A stretch of DNA of 64,000 nt. Origin: the human T2T-CHM13v2.0 reference genome, Homo sapiens. The first letter of the stretch is position 1. Every line of letters begins with the position of its first letter. The stretch lies in NCBI RefSeq assembly GCF_009914755.1, contig NC_060934.1; one strand, given 5' to 3'. The translations under genes and the position numbers were made by a program. A model generated the notes under the pieces. The model saw only the letters and a program-made list of their open reading frames with translations. It searched no databases and had not been told where the DNA came from. Positions 35,503 to 49,731 of this stretch are shown one piece after another.

Positions 35503-36400
35503 TTATACTTTCTTATTGCTGCTGTCACAAACGCATTAGTTTAAAACAACACAAATTTATTATCTTACATGACTTTTTCAGCTTCTAGAGGCTATCTGCC
35601 CTTCTTGGCTCATGCCCCCTTCCTTACATCACTCTACCTCTACCTCCACATCACATCTCCTTCCCTGATCCTAACTCTTGCCTCCTGCTTATAAGGACTT
35701 TTGTGAACACTTGTGTATAAGCCACAGACTGGTTGGCTTAAAGCAGGGGTCCCCAGCCCCTGGGCCACAGACTGGTACAAGTCCATGGCCTGTTAGGAAC
35801 TAGGCTAAACAGCATGAAGTGAGTGGCGGGCCAGCCAGTATTACCGCCTGAGCTCCACCTCCTGTTAGATCAGCAGCAGCATGAGATTCTAATAGGAGAA
35901 CGAACCCTATTGCGAACTGCGCATGCAAGGTATCTAGGTTGTGCTCTCCTTATGAGAATCTAAGTAATACCTGATGATCTGAGGTGGAAAAGTTTCATTC
36001 CAAAACCATCCCTGCCTCCCATCCGTGGAAAAATTGTCTTTCAGGAAACCAGTCCCTGGTGCCAAAAAGGTTGAGGACCAATGACTTAAAAAACAGAAAT
36101 TTATTTTCTCACATTTCTGGAGACTGGAACTAATCAAGGGCTGGTTTCCTCTGCGGCCTCTCTAGCTTGCTTTAGATGGTCATCCTTGTGGGCGTGCATG
36201 CAAGGTATCTCTTTTTATGACCATATTTCCTGTTCTTACAAAGAAACCAGCCAGGTTGAATTAGGGTCCACCTTGATGGTCTCATTTTAACTTAATCACC
36301 TCATTTAAGGCCCTATTTCCAAATATAGTCACAACCCGAGGTACAGGAAGTTAGGGCTTCAATATACAAATTTTAGGGGAATGCAGTTCATCCCACAACA
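35503..36400 (-). mobile_element. MLT1C-like fragment followed by MLT1B-like LTR, the latter interrupted by MER1B
   Basis: aacaacacaaatttattatcttac, cagcttctagaggct; aacagaaatttattttctcac, cattttaacttaatcacctc, aaatatagtcac. Confidence 0.75.
35744..36083 (+). mobile_element. MER1B (hAT-Charlie)
   Basis: caggggtcccc...aaggttgaggaccaatg; degenerate 8-bp TSD gcttaaag/acttaaaa. Confidence 0.92.
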
Positions 36401-36889
36401 GTCACATAAATATAAAGACACATGTCTTTCTTATTCTCCCTCCTTCTCACTCCAACCACAGAAGACGGAAGGCAGGAGAAGTGAAAAGGTGAGCCATGCC
36501 CTTCTTTACCTCAAGCCCCTTCCTGAAGCTTACCCTGGCCTGGTGGTTTGAGAAAGAGAATGAACATCATATTGGATATAAGATTTAGTTTTTAAACTAC
36601 TCGAGATAGGAAAGCGCATTTTAATAATAAAAAGTAACCAGAAAGCTATGAGATCTGCCCAAGATATTCTTAAGGGCAGGAAAGGGAGATTTCATGGAAT
36701 ACGGTTGAAATAAATGATTGGAGAAAAAAACTAAAACAGTTCATATTTCTGTGCTATTGAGTGTAGACTGTTGAATAGACTGAGCATAATATATGTTCAT
36801 ATGTAAAGAAGCCTGTGATATGTAATTTACTTATTAAAACAAATTGAGACTAATGATGCACATCATGATAATACTTGGATAAAAGATTG

Positions 36890-37385
36890 TGATAGGTGCC
36901 TATTGTTATTGGCTGCCAAGCACTGCTTCCCCTACTTTGTCTAGTAACCTTCTCCAGCAATAGATTAGACATGTGACTCCAGCTCAGCTTCTCATAATAC
37001 CTCACACCCTTGACTGGAGTGGTTAATCAACAGGCTAAACCAATCAGAAACATTCCCTGGGATTTTTCAAGCTGGGAGACCAACACCCCTTTTTACTTCA
37101 GTCATAAAGTTGTAAGAGACTCAGAGCCAGGAAGTGCTGGCCACATCCTTGACTCATGGAAAACCCAGTGTGGGAGAATGAAGCCAACACACCTTGAGAC
37201 ATAGAGATGAGAGACAAAAAGAATGATTCCTGGGGATGTTCTAGTCCTGGCTTCAATCATCTCCAAGGTAGGTAACTCTACTCGTATGCTTCCAGAATTT
37301 TGATTATCCAAGCCAAGTAAATCTTTATGCTTAAGCCAGTTTGCTTTGGTTTCTATCCCTTGAAACCAAAGAATCTTGAAACAAA
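36890..37385 (+). mobile_element. MLT1J/K-like MaLR LTR
   Basis: gagaatgaagccaacac, tgcttaagccagtttg..ggtttct..ttgaaaccaaagaatc. Confidence 0.6.
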
Positions 37386-37916
37386 AATATGTATTTATGT
37401 GGCATAATTGTGTTTCATGGAAAATATCTGGAAAGATACATACTAAATTGTTAACAATGGTTAATTCTCATAAAAATTCTGCTTTCCCCCACTGTTTCAA
37501 TTTCTTTATATTAATTATTCGTTACATTTATAATAAAACATGTTTAGGAAAATGAGAACACAAACTAGTATAGCACTGATGATAGCCAAGAAAAATGTAT
37601 TCATATACAGTGAATAAGAGGATAAAATTAATTTAGAATAAGAGACATTTCGTTTAACATTTTTAAATGGTAAGCCACAGCCCTACAAAGATAAAGGGGA
37701 TGTTTCAATAAGTCATATACAGAAAGAGCACTAAATATATATGGGACAACCAAACAATACTGATGCAAGAATGTAAATGTCCTCCCCACCCAATACCATG
37801 GAAACCTCAGGATCTGCCTGTGGGGTCACCTCTGAGATCTCTTACGTGCATAGACTCCACCTGACTCATCTGCTTCCCATTCAACACTGATATATTACTT
37901 GATCATTGTTGGTCCT

Positions 37917-38310
37917 TGTCTTAGTTACCTATGGCTGCATTACAAATGACCCCAAAACTTAGCAGCTTAAAAGAATAAGCATTTATTATCTCAGAGTTTC
38001 TGTGGGTCAGGAGCAGGGGCATGGCTTTACTGAGTGCCTCTAACTCGGGATCTGTCAAAGGCTGTAATCAGTGCATCATCTAGGGCTGCAGTCATCTCAG
38101 GGCTCAACCGTGTAAAGGTCCTTTTCCAAAGTCACTCACTTGGCTGCAGGCAAGCCTCAGGTGCTTGCTAGCTATTTGCTTAGGACATTAGTTACTTCTG
38201 ATCTGGGCTGTTCATAACATGACAGTTCGCTTTCCCAAGACTCCGAGACAGAGAGAGAGAGACAGACAGAGAGAGAGAGAGAGAAAGGAAAACAAGATGG
38301 AAGTCATAGT
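37917..38310 (-). mobile_element. MLT1F-like MaLR LTR
   Basis: ccccaaaacttagcagcttaaaa..gtttctgtgggtcagga..gggctgcagtcatctca..aagatggaagtcatagtc. Confidence 0.75.
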
Positions 38311-38521
38311 CAACCAGGCCTGATTTTGCCCTCAGGGGACCTTTGGCAATATCTAGAGGCATTCTTGGTTGTCACACTGTGGCGAGGAGAGGGAAGGTAC
38401 TACTAGTATCCTGTTTGTAGAGATCAGGGATGCTGTTACACATCCTACAATGCACAAGACAGCTCCCTACAACAAAGAATGACCTGGCCGAATTATTAAA
38501 GTACAAAGTTGAGAAGCCCTG
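38310..38521 (+). mobile_element. MER20 (hAT-Charlie)
   Basis: gattttgccctcaggggacctttggcaat..cagggatgctg..catcctacaatgcaca..gttgagaagccctg. Confidence 0.88.
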
Positions 38522-38549
38522 ACTTTGAGTGTTGAATGTTTGTAGAGCA

Positions 38550-38700
38550 CATTATGTACATTCTCCCAATCCTCATACAACTCTATAAGGTAAGTGTTAT
38601 TATCTCTTACTTTTATTGCTGAGGAAACTGAGGCTTACAGGAGTCCAGTGATTTGCTCTAAGCAAGCAAGTAGCGAGGCTGTATTTGAACGAAGGTTTGG
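38550..38700 (-). mobile_element. MIR
   Basis: aatcctcatacaactctataaggtaag..tgaggaaactgaggctt. Confidence 0.65.
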
Positions 38701-39159
38701 TCTCATTTCATTGCCAGCCTCTTTCAATGTGAAGCAGGAACAGAGAGAGGTAAGAAAAGGAACAAGCTCTGGGAGAGGGGAGGGGAGAAATGCCCTCTCT
38801 GCCAGGAAATGTTCCAGATGCCATTCTTGTCACCTCATTTGAAACTTGCAATGAGGCAAGAACATAAGCCTGAGCAGACTCTGTTCTCTGGGAGAAGACA
38901 GCTTGGCAAGGTCCTGGTTTGCATCATTGTTGAGCTGGAGCTGTGGATTCCTATGGTTCCTGGAAACCCACAGTGTCCACACTACTGCAACCTCTCCCTT
39001 CTTCTTGGGGTCCCAGCTGGGCCTGTATGAATCACTTGTGACTACTCAGAGGAGCCATGCTGAGCTCCCCTCCATTCTGCTTTCAATATGGTAGGCCTGG
39101 CCTCCTTGGTGCCCAGGGACACACAACCAATAAGAGCACATTGTGAAGCCAACTGATAA

Positions 39160-39693
<534 letters not shown>

Positions 39694-39760
39694 TGATTTA
39701 AAGGGTTTGAATAATCTACTCCTTCTAGAAGGGGAATATGCAAGTCCATTTTGAGGAGGC

Positions 39761-39793
<33 letters not shown>

Positions 39794-40115
39794 AGCAAGA
39801 AGCTGTGAGTGACACAAACTTTTAGAGGATTTGTATTAAAAACTTCCAGGTTTGCAGACACTATGAAATCTCTTAGTTCTTATTTAAAGTTTTACATAAA
39901 AGAAAAATTTGGCAAGGGGGAAATTGTTTTCTCCACCCTGGAGCTGTAAAAATGAATGAACATCTCATTAGCTGAGAATTTGTAGGTCTATGCCTGCTGG
40001 GATTTCAAAGGGCATATATTCTTTGGCCAAATATGACTTTGGCATATAGCCAGTCTCATAGGAGCATTAGTTGTTGCAGCTTGAGTCTGTGTTTGAGTGA
40101 CTAATGTCATCTTAC

Positions 40116-40238
40116 CTTGTTCTTGCCATGACCTAAACTTTGGAGCAGTTCTTCAGCTGGATTTGTGGTGGACCTTGCACAAAATTATACAACCTTCCTC
40201 AGTCCTTCCACTGTCAGCTGGTGTCCTGCAGGCTTCAT
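40116..40238 (-). ncRNA. Candidate 123-nt internal exon of a minus-strand non-coding transcript
   Basis: Acceptor cttttgtctgtttctAG; donor AAG|GTAAGA; stop codons in all three frames. Confidence 0.35.
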
Positions 40239-40554
40239 CTAGAAACAGACAAAAGCTAGTCTGAAAATGGCAGTTACCAAGTAACAAAAATGAGTGGGGC
40301 CTTTTAAATTCAACAGGAAAACATAGTCAGCAAAACCACACAAAAAGAACAAATCAGATGACATCTAGTAGCCTGTTCCTTCTGCCAGGTTATTTACGGT
40401 TTCTGACTGGTTGGCATGGATTAGCTCTCTGATTCGGGTAACAAGTTAGTTATTGAATTACCAGGATTTTGTTTTGACAGAAATTTTCCTTCAGAGTTAC
40501 CTTTTTTGCCCCCTGAATCCTTTTGGTTTTTTGATATCATATATAGAAATTCAT

Positions 40555-40618
40555 TACATAAGGATTTTCAAATATTTTTGGAAATGGTCACAGTAAGAAA
40601 TTGATTTTATACTGTGAC

Positions 40619-40663
<45 letters not shown>

Positions 40664-40850
40664 TAAACTAAAACAAAAGTTCTATAGAAAGTATATTCAC
40701 TCTTACTATGTATGATTCACTTTAATATTTTCCATTTATTTCCTTCCAGACTAGTCTAGACTAGTCTGTTACAAATGTTTTTGGCTGCCTATTAAATTAA
40801 TTTCGCAACCCATGAAAGGAACATGTCCTGCAGTTTGAAAAATATTATAT
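40555..40850 (-). mobile_element. MER113-like hAT element containing (CA)~20 at 40619-40659
   Basis: Ends taaattaatttcgcaaccca..ctgcagtttgaaaaat. Confidence 0.6.
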
Positions 40851-42486
40851 TACTTGAACCATGGTTTTTAAATGACAATTTATAGCATTCTGATGAAATT
40901 CAAAGTATAACTAGAAAGTGAATTTAATCAGTTTCCAGGATTGTTCCTGTGGTATCTGTAATTCTGCTTATCCAACTCCTCAGTGAAATTGTAATGCACC
41001 TATAGTGTCACTCTTTTCTCTTTCGATTCTGATGGTTAGATGTGAAAACTATGTATTTACATCAGTTTCCTTTCTACATTGTCAAACAGACAGGTTCTTT
41101 GGAGCTTCTTCCAGTGTTTTACCCAGGAGGTTGGGAACATTGGAGAACATCGTGCCACTTGGCTGTGGTTGGGGTGTATGCAGAGATAAAGGAGTCCATA
41201 CCGGAAACAGCGTGCCAAGGAAGTGCCAAGGCTTAATCAGAGCTATCAACCTGGAATCAGCACCAGGAAAGACAGGGTAGCCAGCTGTAAGCCAAGAAAG
41301 ATGGAGACTGAGTGTCATGGGCAAAAGGAAAAGGCAGTGGAGCATAAGGCAGTTCTGAACCAAAGAATAAAATGCTATGAGGGCTCTTGATACTGTTCTA
41401 TGGCTCTGGTTAGGAGCATGCTTCAAATGCTTGAAGAGGAAACACCAAAGCTGTTTCCCAGAGCATCACACTAGAATAAACTTTCACACTTACCCATAAT
41501 AATTAATCCCATGAGCTATTTTCCCTTAAGAATCTGATATTAAGTCAAAGTTTTATAGTTCTCCTCCCCATTTGCCACTATATACGGTATTATATAGTGG
41601 CAAATGCCACACATTACATTATTTCATCTATAAATATGTCAGTATGTACATAAAAATGACTTTTTAAAAACAAAACCCCAAATCCGTCATCACACCTAAA
41701 CATTTTTAACAATGATTTCTGAATACTATTCAATGTTCACCTAGTAGTATTCACATGTCCCTATACATTTTTTCTTTGCTTTTACATTTTATTTATTCTA
41801 ATAAGGCTTTAAATTATTAGGGCCATACATTTTAATACATTTTAATTGGTTGATTGTCTCATTTGTCTTTTTTCATTTGTAACTTTTTTTTTTTTTTGAG
41901 TGGTTAAAAGGTAAAATCCAAAACGTCTTTAAATAATGGGACTTTTTCCAAGGAAATGCAAATTGTTTATTTTGCTTACCAAAATAAACATGTTTACCAG
42001 ATGAGAAAAACACCTCCTGGCCTCTGCAAATAGGGAGAAAAGCTTGCTTATGGTGATATGAGATCCAAGGTGATGAAAACTAGGCCCACCTCACTGGGCT
42101 CCATTGTTCCTGAAATCTCCTTCATTGGATTCACTTTTTTATACTTCAGAATAGCCTCTTTTTAAACACAACTGCATTAAACTCCCTTGCTGCCCACCTT
42201 CTACTAAGAGGATATCTGTTAATCTCTGTATGAATCTCTTCAGTTCTTTGATAGCACAATGTCTATAAATGATGGCCCAAGGGATGACAAGCGTGGTGAG
42301 TCATTCAAAAGCCAGTACTATTCAGCAGAGTTTTAATGTTGAGTGCATTTAGCTCTCTTCTAATTCATATAAAGTTGATAATCATGGATTTATTGCTTTT
42401 TATGTGATGGTACACACCAGGATAGGATGCCAGTTTTTCTATTTCCAGAAGGTGTTTCCCACATTCACTTGAATAAACTAACTTTC

Positions 42487-43347
<861 letters not shown>

Positions 43348-43529
43348 TGTCATTGTATTTCTAAGCTAACAAGAATTTAGAAACTATAAACTGTAATTTT
43401 TATTTTCTCTTTTTCCTTTTTCATGTTATTATTCCTTTATCTTCACCTGGATTTCTGGGTGACATGAGTATCTAGAGCTATGTCCAAAAGTATAAATGCC
43501 ATGTGACAGCAACCCACAATATCATGACC

Positions 43530-44480
43530 ATGTCAATTTTTAAACCATCTTTATTGAGGTATAACTCACATAATGTAAACTGTACCCATTTTAAGGGTAC
43601 AGTTCAATGATTTTTGACAAATGTATAATTTGTGAAACCTCCACCCTAGTAAAGACAAATATAGAACATTTCATCACCCAAAAAGTTCCCTTATGTCTCT
43701 CTGCAGGCATCCACCCACGCCTGGCTCCAGGCAACCACCGACGCCTGGCTCCAGGCAACCATTGATCTGTTTTCTATCAATAGAGATTAATTGTGCCTGT
43801 TCTGAAGTTTGATATAAATGGAATCATATGGTATATACTCTTCTGTGCCTGGCTTCTTTAGCTCAGCATAAGCCTTTGACATTTATCCATCTTGTGTATG
43901 TTGATACTTGTTCCTTCTTATTGCTGAAAATCATTCAGTGGCTGCACCATAATTTGTTTATCCATTCCCCCTTTTGATGAACATTTGGATTATTTTCAGT
44001 TTTTGACTATTTTAAGCAAAGCTGCCAAAACAAATGTATACAAGCCTGTGAGGACATATGCTTTCAGTTCTCTGGGCAAATACCTAGAAGAGGAATTGAT
44101 GATAAGTGTATGCATAACTTTATAAGAAACTACCAAAGTGTTCCCCAAAAAGATTGTATCATTTTACATCAATTCTGGTTGCTCTAGATCCTCACCAACA
44201 TTTGCTGTTGTCAATCTTTTTAATTATAGTCATTCTAGTGGGTTCGTCAGAGAATGTCCCTCTTGTTTTAAATTGCATTTCCCTAATGATGAAAGATGTT
44301 GAGCATGTGTTCATGTGCTTGTTGGCTTATCTGTATGTCTCCTTCTGTAGTGTCCAAATCTGCTCTTTTTTATTGGGTTGTTTGACTTCTTACTATTGAG
44401 CTATAAGAAGTATTTATATATTCTGGATATAATCCTGTGTCAGATTATGTATTATAAATTTTTGTCTCCAGTCTGTAATC
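43530..44480 (-). mobile_element. L1MB/L1ME 3' region
   Basis: tttattgaggtataact, ccaggcaaccattgatctg, ataaatggaatcata, tgcatttccctaatgatgaaagatgttgagcat. Confidence 0.8.
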
Positions 44481-45108
44481 AACTTCCAACAGTATAATTC
44501 TGTTTCTTCGTGCTATCATTGCCATATCTTTTATTTCCATAAACGTTGTAAAATCCAATTACATTATTAATTTTGCTTTAGTAATCAGCTCACTTTTAAG
44601 AAAATTATGAGAACAAATAATATTTTCTTGTAAATGTACCTTTTATTTACCATTTCTGGAGCTTGTCTTTCCTCCCTTAAATATGACTTTCCTTCTGTAT
44701 CCTTTCCTATTAGCCTAAAGAATTTAGCTTGTCTCATGTTGCAGGTGTGTTAGTGATGAATTCTTTAAGCTTTTACTTATCTGAAAATGTCTTTATTTCA
44801 CCCTAGTTATTGAAATATATTTTCACTGGATATAGAATTGTGGGCTAACAAGGTTTTTATTTGTTTCTTCTTTGCTTTTGTTCCTCACTTTAAACATGCC
44901 ATTCTTAAGCTCTACTTATTTTTATTCAAATTAGTTTATTTCTGTGTTTCATATTAGAGAAGACTTTCAGTTCTGGAGTGAACTGAATGTGGAGTTCAAT
45001 GTGGAGACTTTCCTAGGCAGAAAGACAACAATGTGAGGTATACTTCATGAGTTTCTCTTAGGGATCATGATTTGTGTTGCCTTTTTCCCAATGTTTGATA
45101 ATAGCTGC

Positions 45109-45157
<49 letters not shown>

Positions 45158-46110
45158 CCATTTCTCTGCTGAAATTCCCTATCTACTCACTCATTAAGAC
45201 ATAGTTTCATTGATTTCTTTTGTTCTTGACTATGGATCACATTTTCCTGTTTCTTTACATATCTAGTAATCTTTTTGTATATTGGGTAATGTTCATAATA
45301 CATGGTAGAAACTCTGCATTCTGTTATCTTCTGAGAAAGATCTTGTTTTTGTTCTCACAGGCAGATCAATTTCTGGCTGAACACCTTGAACTTGTGTAGG
45401 TTTGGCTTTATATTTTGTTTGGGTGGATGTGTGGAAAGCTCCTCAACTGTGCATCTTGTGAAAGATTGATATTAGGCTTTTGTATAGAAGACTGAGAAAG
45501 CAGGCTTTACCCTAAGGCATGGGGCTTTACTCTTAGGGCGTGGCCCTTGTGGTGTCAAAGCTGGATTCTTGAAGTGGTAACAAGATGTTAATGATGTCCC
45601 TCCACTGTGGCTGCGGAGGATCTCCAGCATTACTTAGTTCTTCTCAACCTTTACTTTCTCTGCTCTTATTCACAGTTGCGTGGTAAGCCTTGTGCAGTCT
45701 TTCCCTGAATACATGATTGCAATCCTCAGCCAAAAACTTAGGGAGAAGTCCCTTCAAGACCTCCCCACTATTCTGTGTTGCTTCTCGACTCTGGTGCCCT
45801 ACTTTGCAGACTCCGGCACTTCAGATACCCCAAACTCTGATCTAGGTTTCCTCAGCTCAGCAGGACTACTATACTTTGCTTAGATCACAGCTCCCTGCAC
45901 CGTGGCTGGGAAAATGTCCCTAGGCAGAAAGCTGCACCAGCGTGGGACTTGCCTCATGAGTTTCTCTCAGGGATCATGGTTTGTACTGCCTGTTTTCCAA
46001 TGTTTGACAATAGTTCCTTCACACATTTTGTCCAGTCTTATGATTGCTTACCACAGGAGGAACAATCCAATACCAGTTATTCCATCATAGCCAAAAGCAG
46101 AAGTTCACCA
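44480..46110 (-). mobile_element. Old L1M ORF-region and 5'-region fragments, with (TA)n at 45113-45154
   Basis: atctgaaaatgtctttatttcac, ttcactggatatagaatt, cacattttcctgtttcttt, cacattttgtccag. Confidence 0.6.
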
Positions 46111-46134
46111 GGATTTGAAACAAAAATAAAAACA

Positions 46135-46438
<304 letters not shown>

Positions 46439-46849
46439 GACATTTCCTGAATCTCTTCCATATTCTACCTCCAGTTTCCAAACCCTATAAAATTCATATT
46501 TATGGACCATATAAGAATGTAAATGCATTAATTCAGTAAGGAGTTTAATATACTAAACTTTCCGAACTAAGCCAATTAGACCACTTGGCTATTTGCAAAC
46601 ACTCTACTGTTCTGAGATTGGTCATTCAGCCTGAATGTTTAGTCAGTAAGCCTTTCTCTACTACCCCTGCCCATACAGTTTATTTGAACTGAGCTGTAGC
46701 TTCTTGGACCACTTACTGGGTCTGTTTTCAACTTTGATGAAAGGGGAGTCTAGATAGAAAAAGTGTTTGAACAGCCCACTATTTTTGTAGAGCAGGACAG
46801 TTAAAGTTCTATCAAAATGTCAGGGAGAATCAGCAAAAGAATGACTCTA

Positions 46850-47700
46850 TCTCATATTTGAATAGTGAATATCTTATTTGGGCCTCTCACTAACCCTCTG
46901 AAAGAGGCAGTAAGCTGTTATTGCTCCCATTTTGCAAGTGACAAAACTCAGAATCAATTCAGTTAATTGAGTCATCCAACATCAACACAGGTAGATGACA
47001 ACAGAACTCAGAAAGGCAAAGTCACTGTGAATAAATGTAACAGTTAATTCCCTGTACATGGACACCACAGGCGAGCTCTGCGAATAGGCAGAATACATAG
47101 CCAAGTATGAGGTACAATTTGAGAGATGCCAAATCGCTCATTCCTTGCTAATCACAGGGCCTAAAATTTCAGCATTAGTCATTCATTTTAGCTTGAGCCA
47201 TCAATGACCTGTTAAAATGGCAATCTAATTACCTTCCATTTGTACAGCAATTCACAATTTTCCAAGAGTGTTTTACATTTAATAGTAATAATACCTAACA
47301 TTCATTATGGGAACTTTTATGTGGCAGGCACTGTTTTAAGTGTTTTGCATATATTGACTATTTTTATCTACGCCGTAATTCTATGGGAGGGGTACTATAA
47401 TTATCTCCATTTCACATATGTGGAAACTAAAGCTTATAAAGATTAAATAACTTGCCTAAGGTCATACAATTAGAAAGTGGAGAAGGTAGGATTTGAGTCT
47501 GGATCAAGAGTTCTTGCTTTTAACCATTAAACTTTTTGTTTGCTATGCCATTTGATCCAATTCAAAATCCTACAACATAAAGGCATCGTTAAACCACCTT
47601 TTACAGGTGAACAAACAATGACCCAGAAAATTTACATGACTTTCCCAATGTTCCTCCAGCTAATTATTGATTAATCCTGAAAATCATAACTCCTAGTTGA
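46850..47700 (-). mobile_element. Cluster of MIR fragments
   Basis: Clearest at 47280-47530: ccatttcacatatgtggaaactaaagctt..aacttgcctaaggtcatac. Confidence 0.65.
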
Positions 47701-47859
47701 CTCTTTCCAATATACTAAACCAAAAGAACTAATAGTTAGGTCATTATCAGCAAATAGAGAGATTGGAGCAAAGACAGTTTCATTTTGATGCGATATAATA
47801 AGATGTTCTGAGAAGCCAAAAGGCAGCTTGAGAATTTTCCAGCCTTTAGGTGGTAACAG

Positions 47860-48000
47860 GAAATATTAATTTTATTTTACAAATATTTGCTGATTCCCTA
47901 ACTACGTTCCAGGCACCATTCTCAGTGCAGGAATACATCTAGGAACAAAGAAACAAAAAATCCCTGCCTTTATGGAATTTACATTCAAATGGAATATAAA
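47860..48000 (-). mobile_element. L2 3' fragment
   Basis: acaaatatttgctga..ccaggcaccattct..atccctgcctttatggaatttacattc. Confidence 0.7.
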
Positions 48001-49304
48001 AAAATTACTAGTGGTACAGAAGAATTATACTGAAAATAAAGAGGTACAATGTGAAGCAGAATTGACAGTGAATCCAGCTGGAAATATTTTTTCAAATCTA
48101 CTCCTTCAGTAACTCACTTGTTTTACACATGCTTCTTCTAGGAAACAACCCACTGATACGTAAAACGTAGGTAACATTTCAAAATACAATACCAAATTTG
48201 TTGGTGATGGTATAAGTTAAGAACTATGTAAGGGACAGATGAGTTTTCCCAAATAAGATAGGATTAGTTGGAGCTGTAAAGGCACAAATTTTACGACATG
48301 TTTGAGTACATAAGATCTTTGAGAAAGTTGCCCAGCCTGAAACAACAGAGGGTTGCAATGTATCAATAAAATCTTCTAAGATTCTTCCTTTTTAAAGTTC
48401 TCTTTTAGGGTATCAAAGGTTCTTACCAGTAAAAAGTGGAATACTGGCAGGTAGAACAGCTGGGATCATTGATGGGAAAGAAAACTAGTAAACTGTCTTT
48501 AGTTCTATGCCATCTTTAGTTCACCATCCTCATTTTAACAGAGGTCTGGATTCTCCATCTCTCTACTTGGATTTATTCTAACCAGTTGGTTGCAGTTGAC
48601 CAGGGACAGATTCTTAGTTCAGGATAGAAAAATCTCTGCTTTGATTCTTTAGCCTGAGTTGCTAAACAGCAGCAGTAACCGCTCTGAGGGATCCAGCTCT
48701 TGCTTTTGTCAGCAGTTGTCAATCATGCCTGGCAGGCAAGAACCTCCACAAAAAGATTATTTTTCTCCTTTCTCTTGCTGGCCCCATCCACACCAATTTT
48801 TATAAGCTCTCTGCAGGACCACACTTAACTTTCCAAGGGAATGATGGCTCCCTATACCACTTCATTCTTAAGATTCAGGAAAGTGTTCTCCTCACCCAAG
48901 ACAGCCTGAAGTTGCAAAGGGTTTCACTCTTTTAGCCTAAGACTCTGTTTTGAATTGAAATGCAAATCTAGTCCTGTCATTGACAAGTTTGGGTGAATGA
49001 AATTATCCAATTATTTCCACTGGAAAGGTATATATGGTAGAGGTAGGGGGAGGTGAGAAGAAGTGCACCGGGCAAGGAAGGGAGGAGCAGGAAAAGGAAA
49101 AACTATTGCAAAGGGAGAAAGGAGTCTGGGAAGGGAAGCCAGGACCACTGATGGCAGATCTGTCAGCTCCTTGATTTCCCCAAGGGCTGGTCTTGTACTT
49201 GGCAACTAAACCATTGTCTTTCACTAAACAGAGCCTTAGTAGTAGCCTCTTGCTGCTCAGCCATGTAAATCAGAAATGGGAACTGGAGGTCAAGAGGGAG
49301 GCCA

Positions 49305-49731
49305 GTATGGGGGACAGTGGGATATGCTGCCAAGGTCTGTCTTGGAGAACGAAGGGCCAATTACCCCCCAGATATTGGGACTGCTACTGGCACTCCACCT
49401 TTAGCCCTTTGTGGGGATTGCCTCTGCTGAAGGAAATTACCTTACCAAGATCACATCTCCTTCACAAGGGGCCTCACATCTAATGACTGATTAACATGGT
49501 GAATAAAGTTTCTCCTGAGACACCTCTGTACTTTTACTCTGTCTCCATAACTCCCTGTATAGTTGGCTAAGTCATCTGTTGAGACTGCAATACAGATCAC
49601 CTTCTCCCTTGGCCCAATCCTGCTTACTTTCCCTTCCTTCCATAGGCATTGACATCAAAAGGTCCTACAAAATCTCCTGAATGTCAATCTCAATCACAGG
49701 ATCTGCTTCCTGGGAACCCTGAATTGCAATA
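49305..49731 (+). mobile_element. LTR16A-like ERVL LTR
   Basis: gggattgcctctgctgaagg, ggcccaatcctgctt, tctgcttcctgggaacc. Confidence 0.65.

Noticed and set aside
33278-36083. Composite transposon bounded by the two MER1B copies
   Set aside because: Each copy has its own different TSD, and no shared TSD encloses the pair.
30706-38521. Decidual prolactin promoter (MER39 plus MER20)
   Set aside because: The two elements are ~7 kb apart and no PRL exons are present.
39763-39790. Orphan poly(A) run as a truncated retro-insertion (also 26006-26029 and 57590-57608)
   Set aside because: No flanking TSD is visible, so these are treated as mononucleotide microsatellites.
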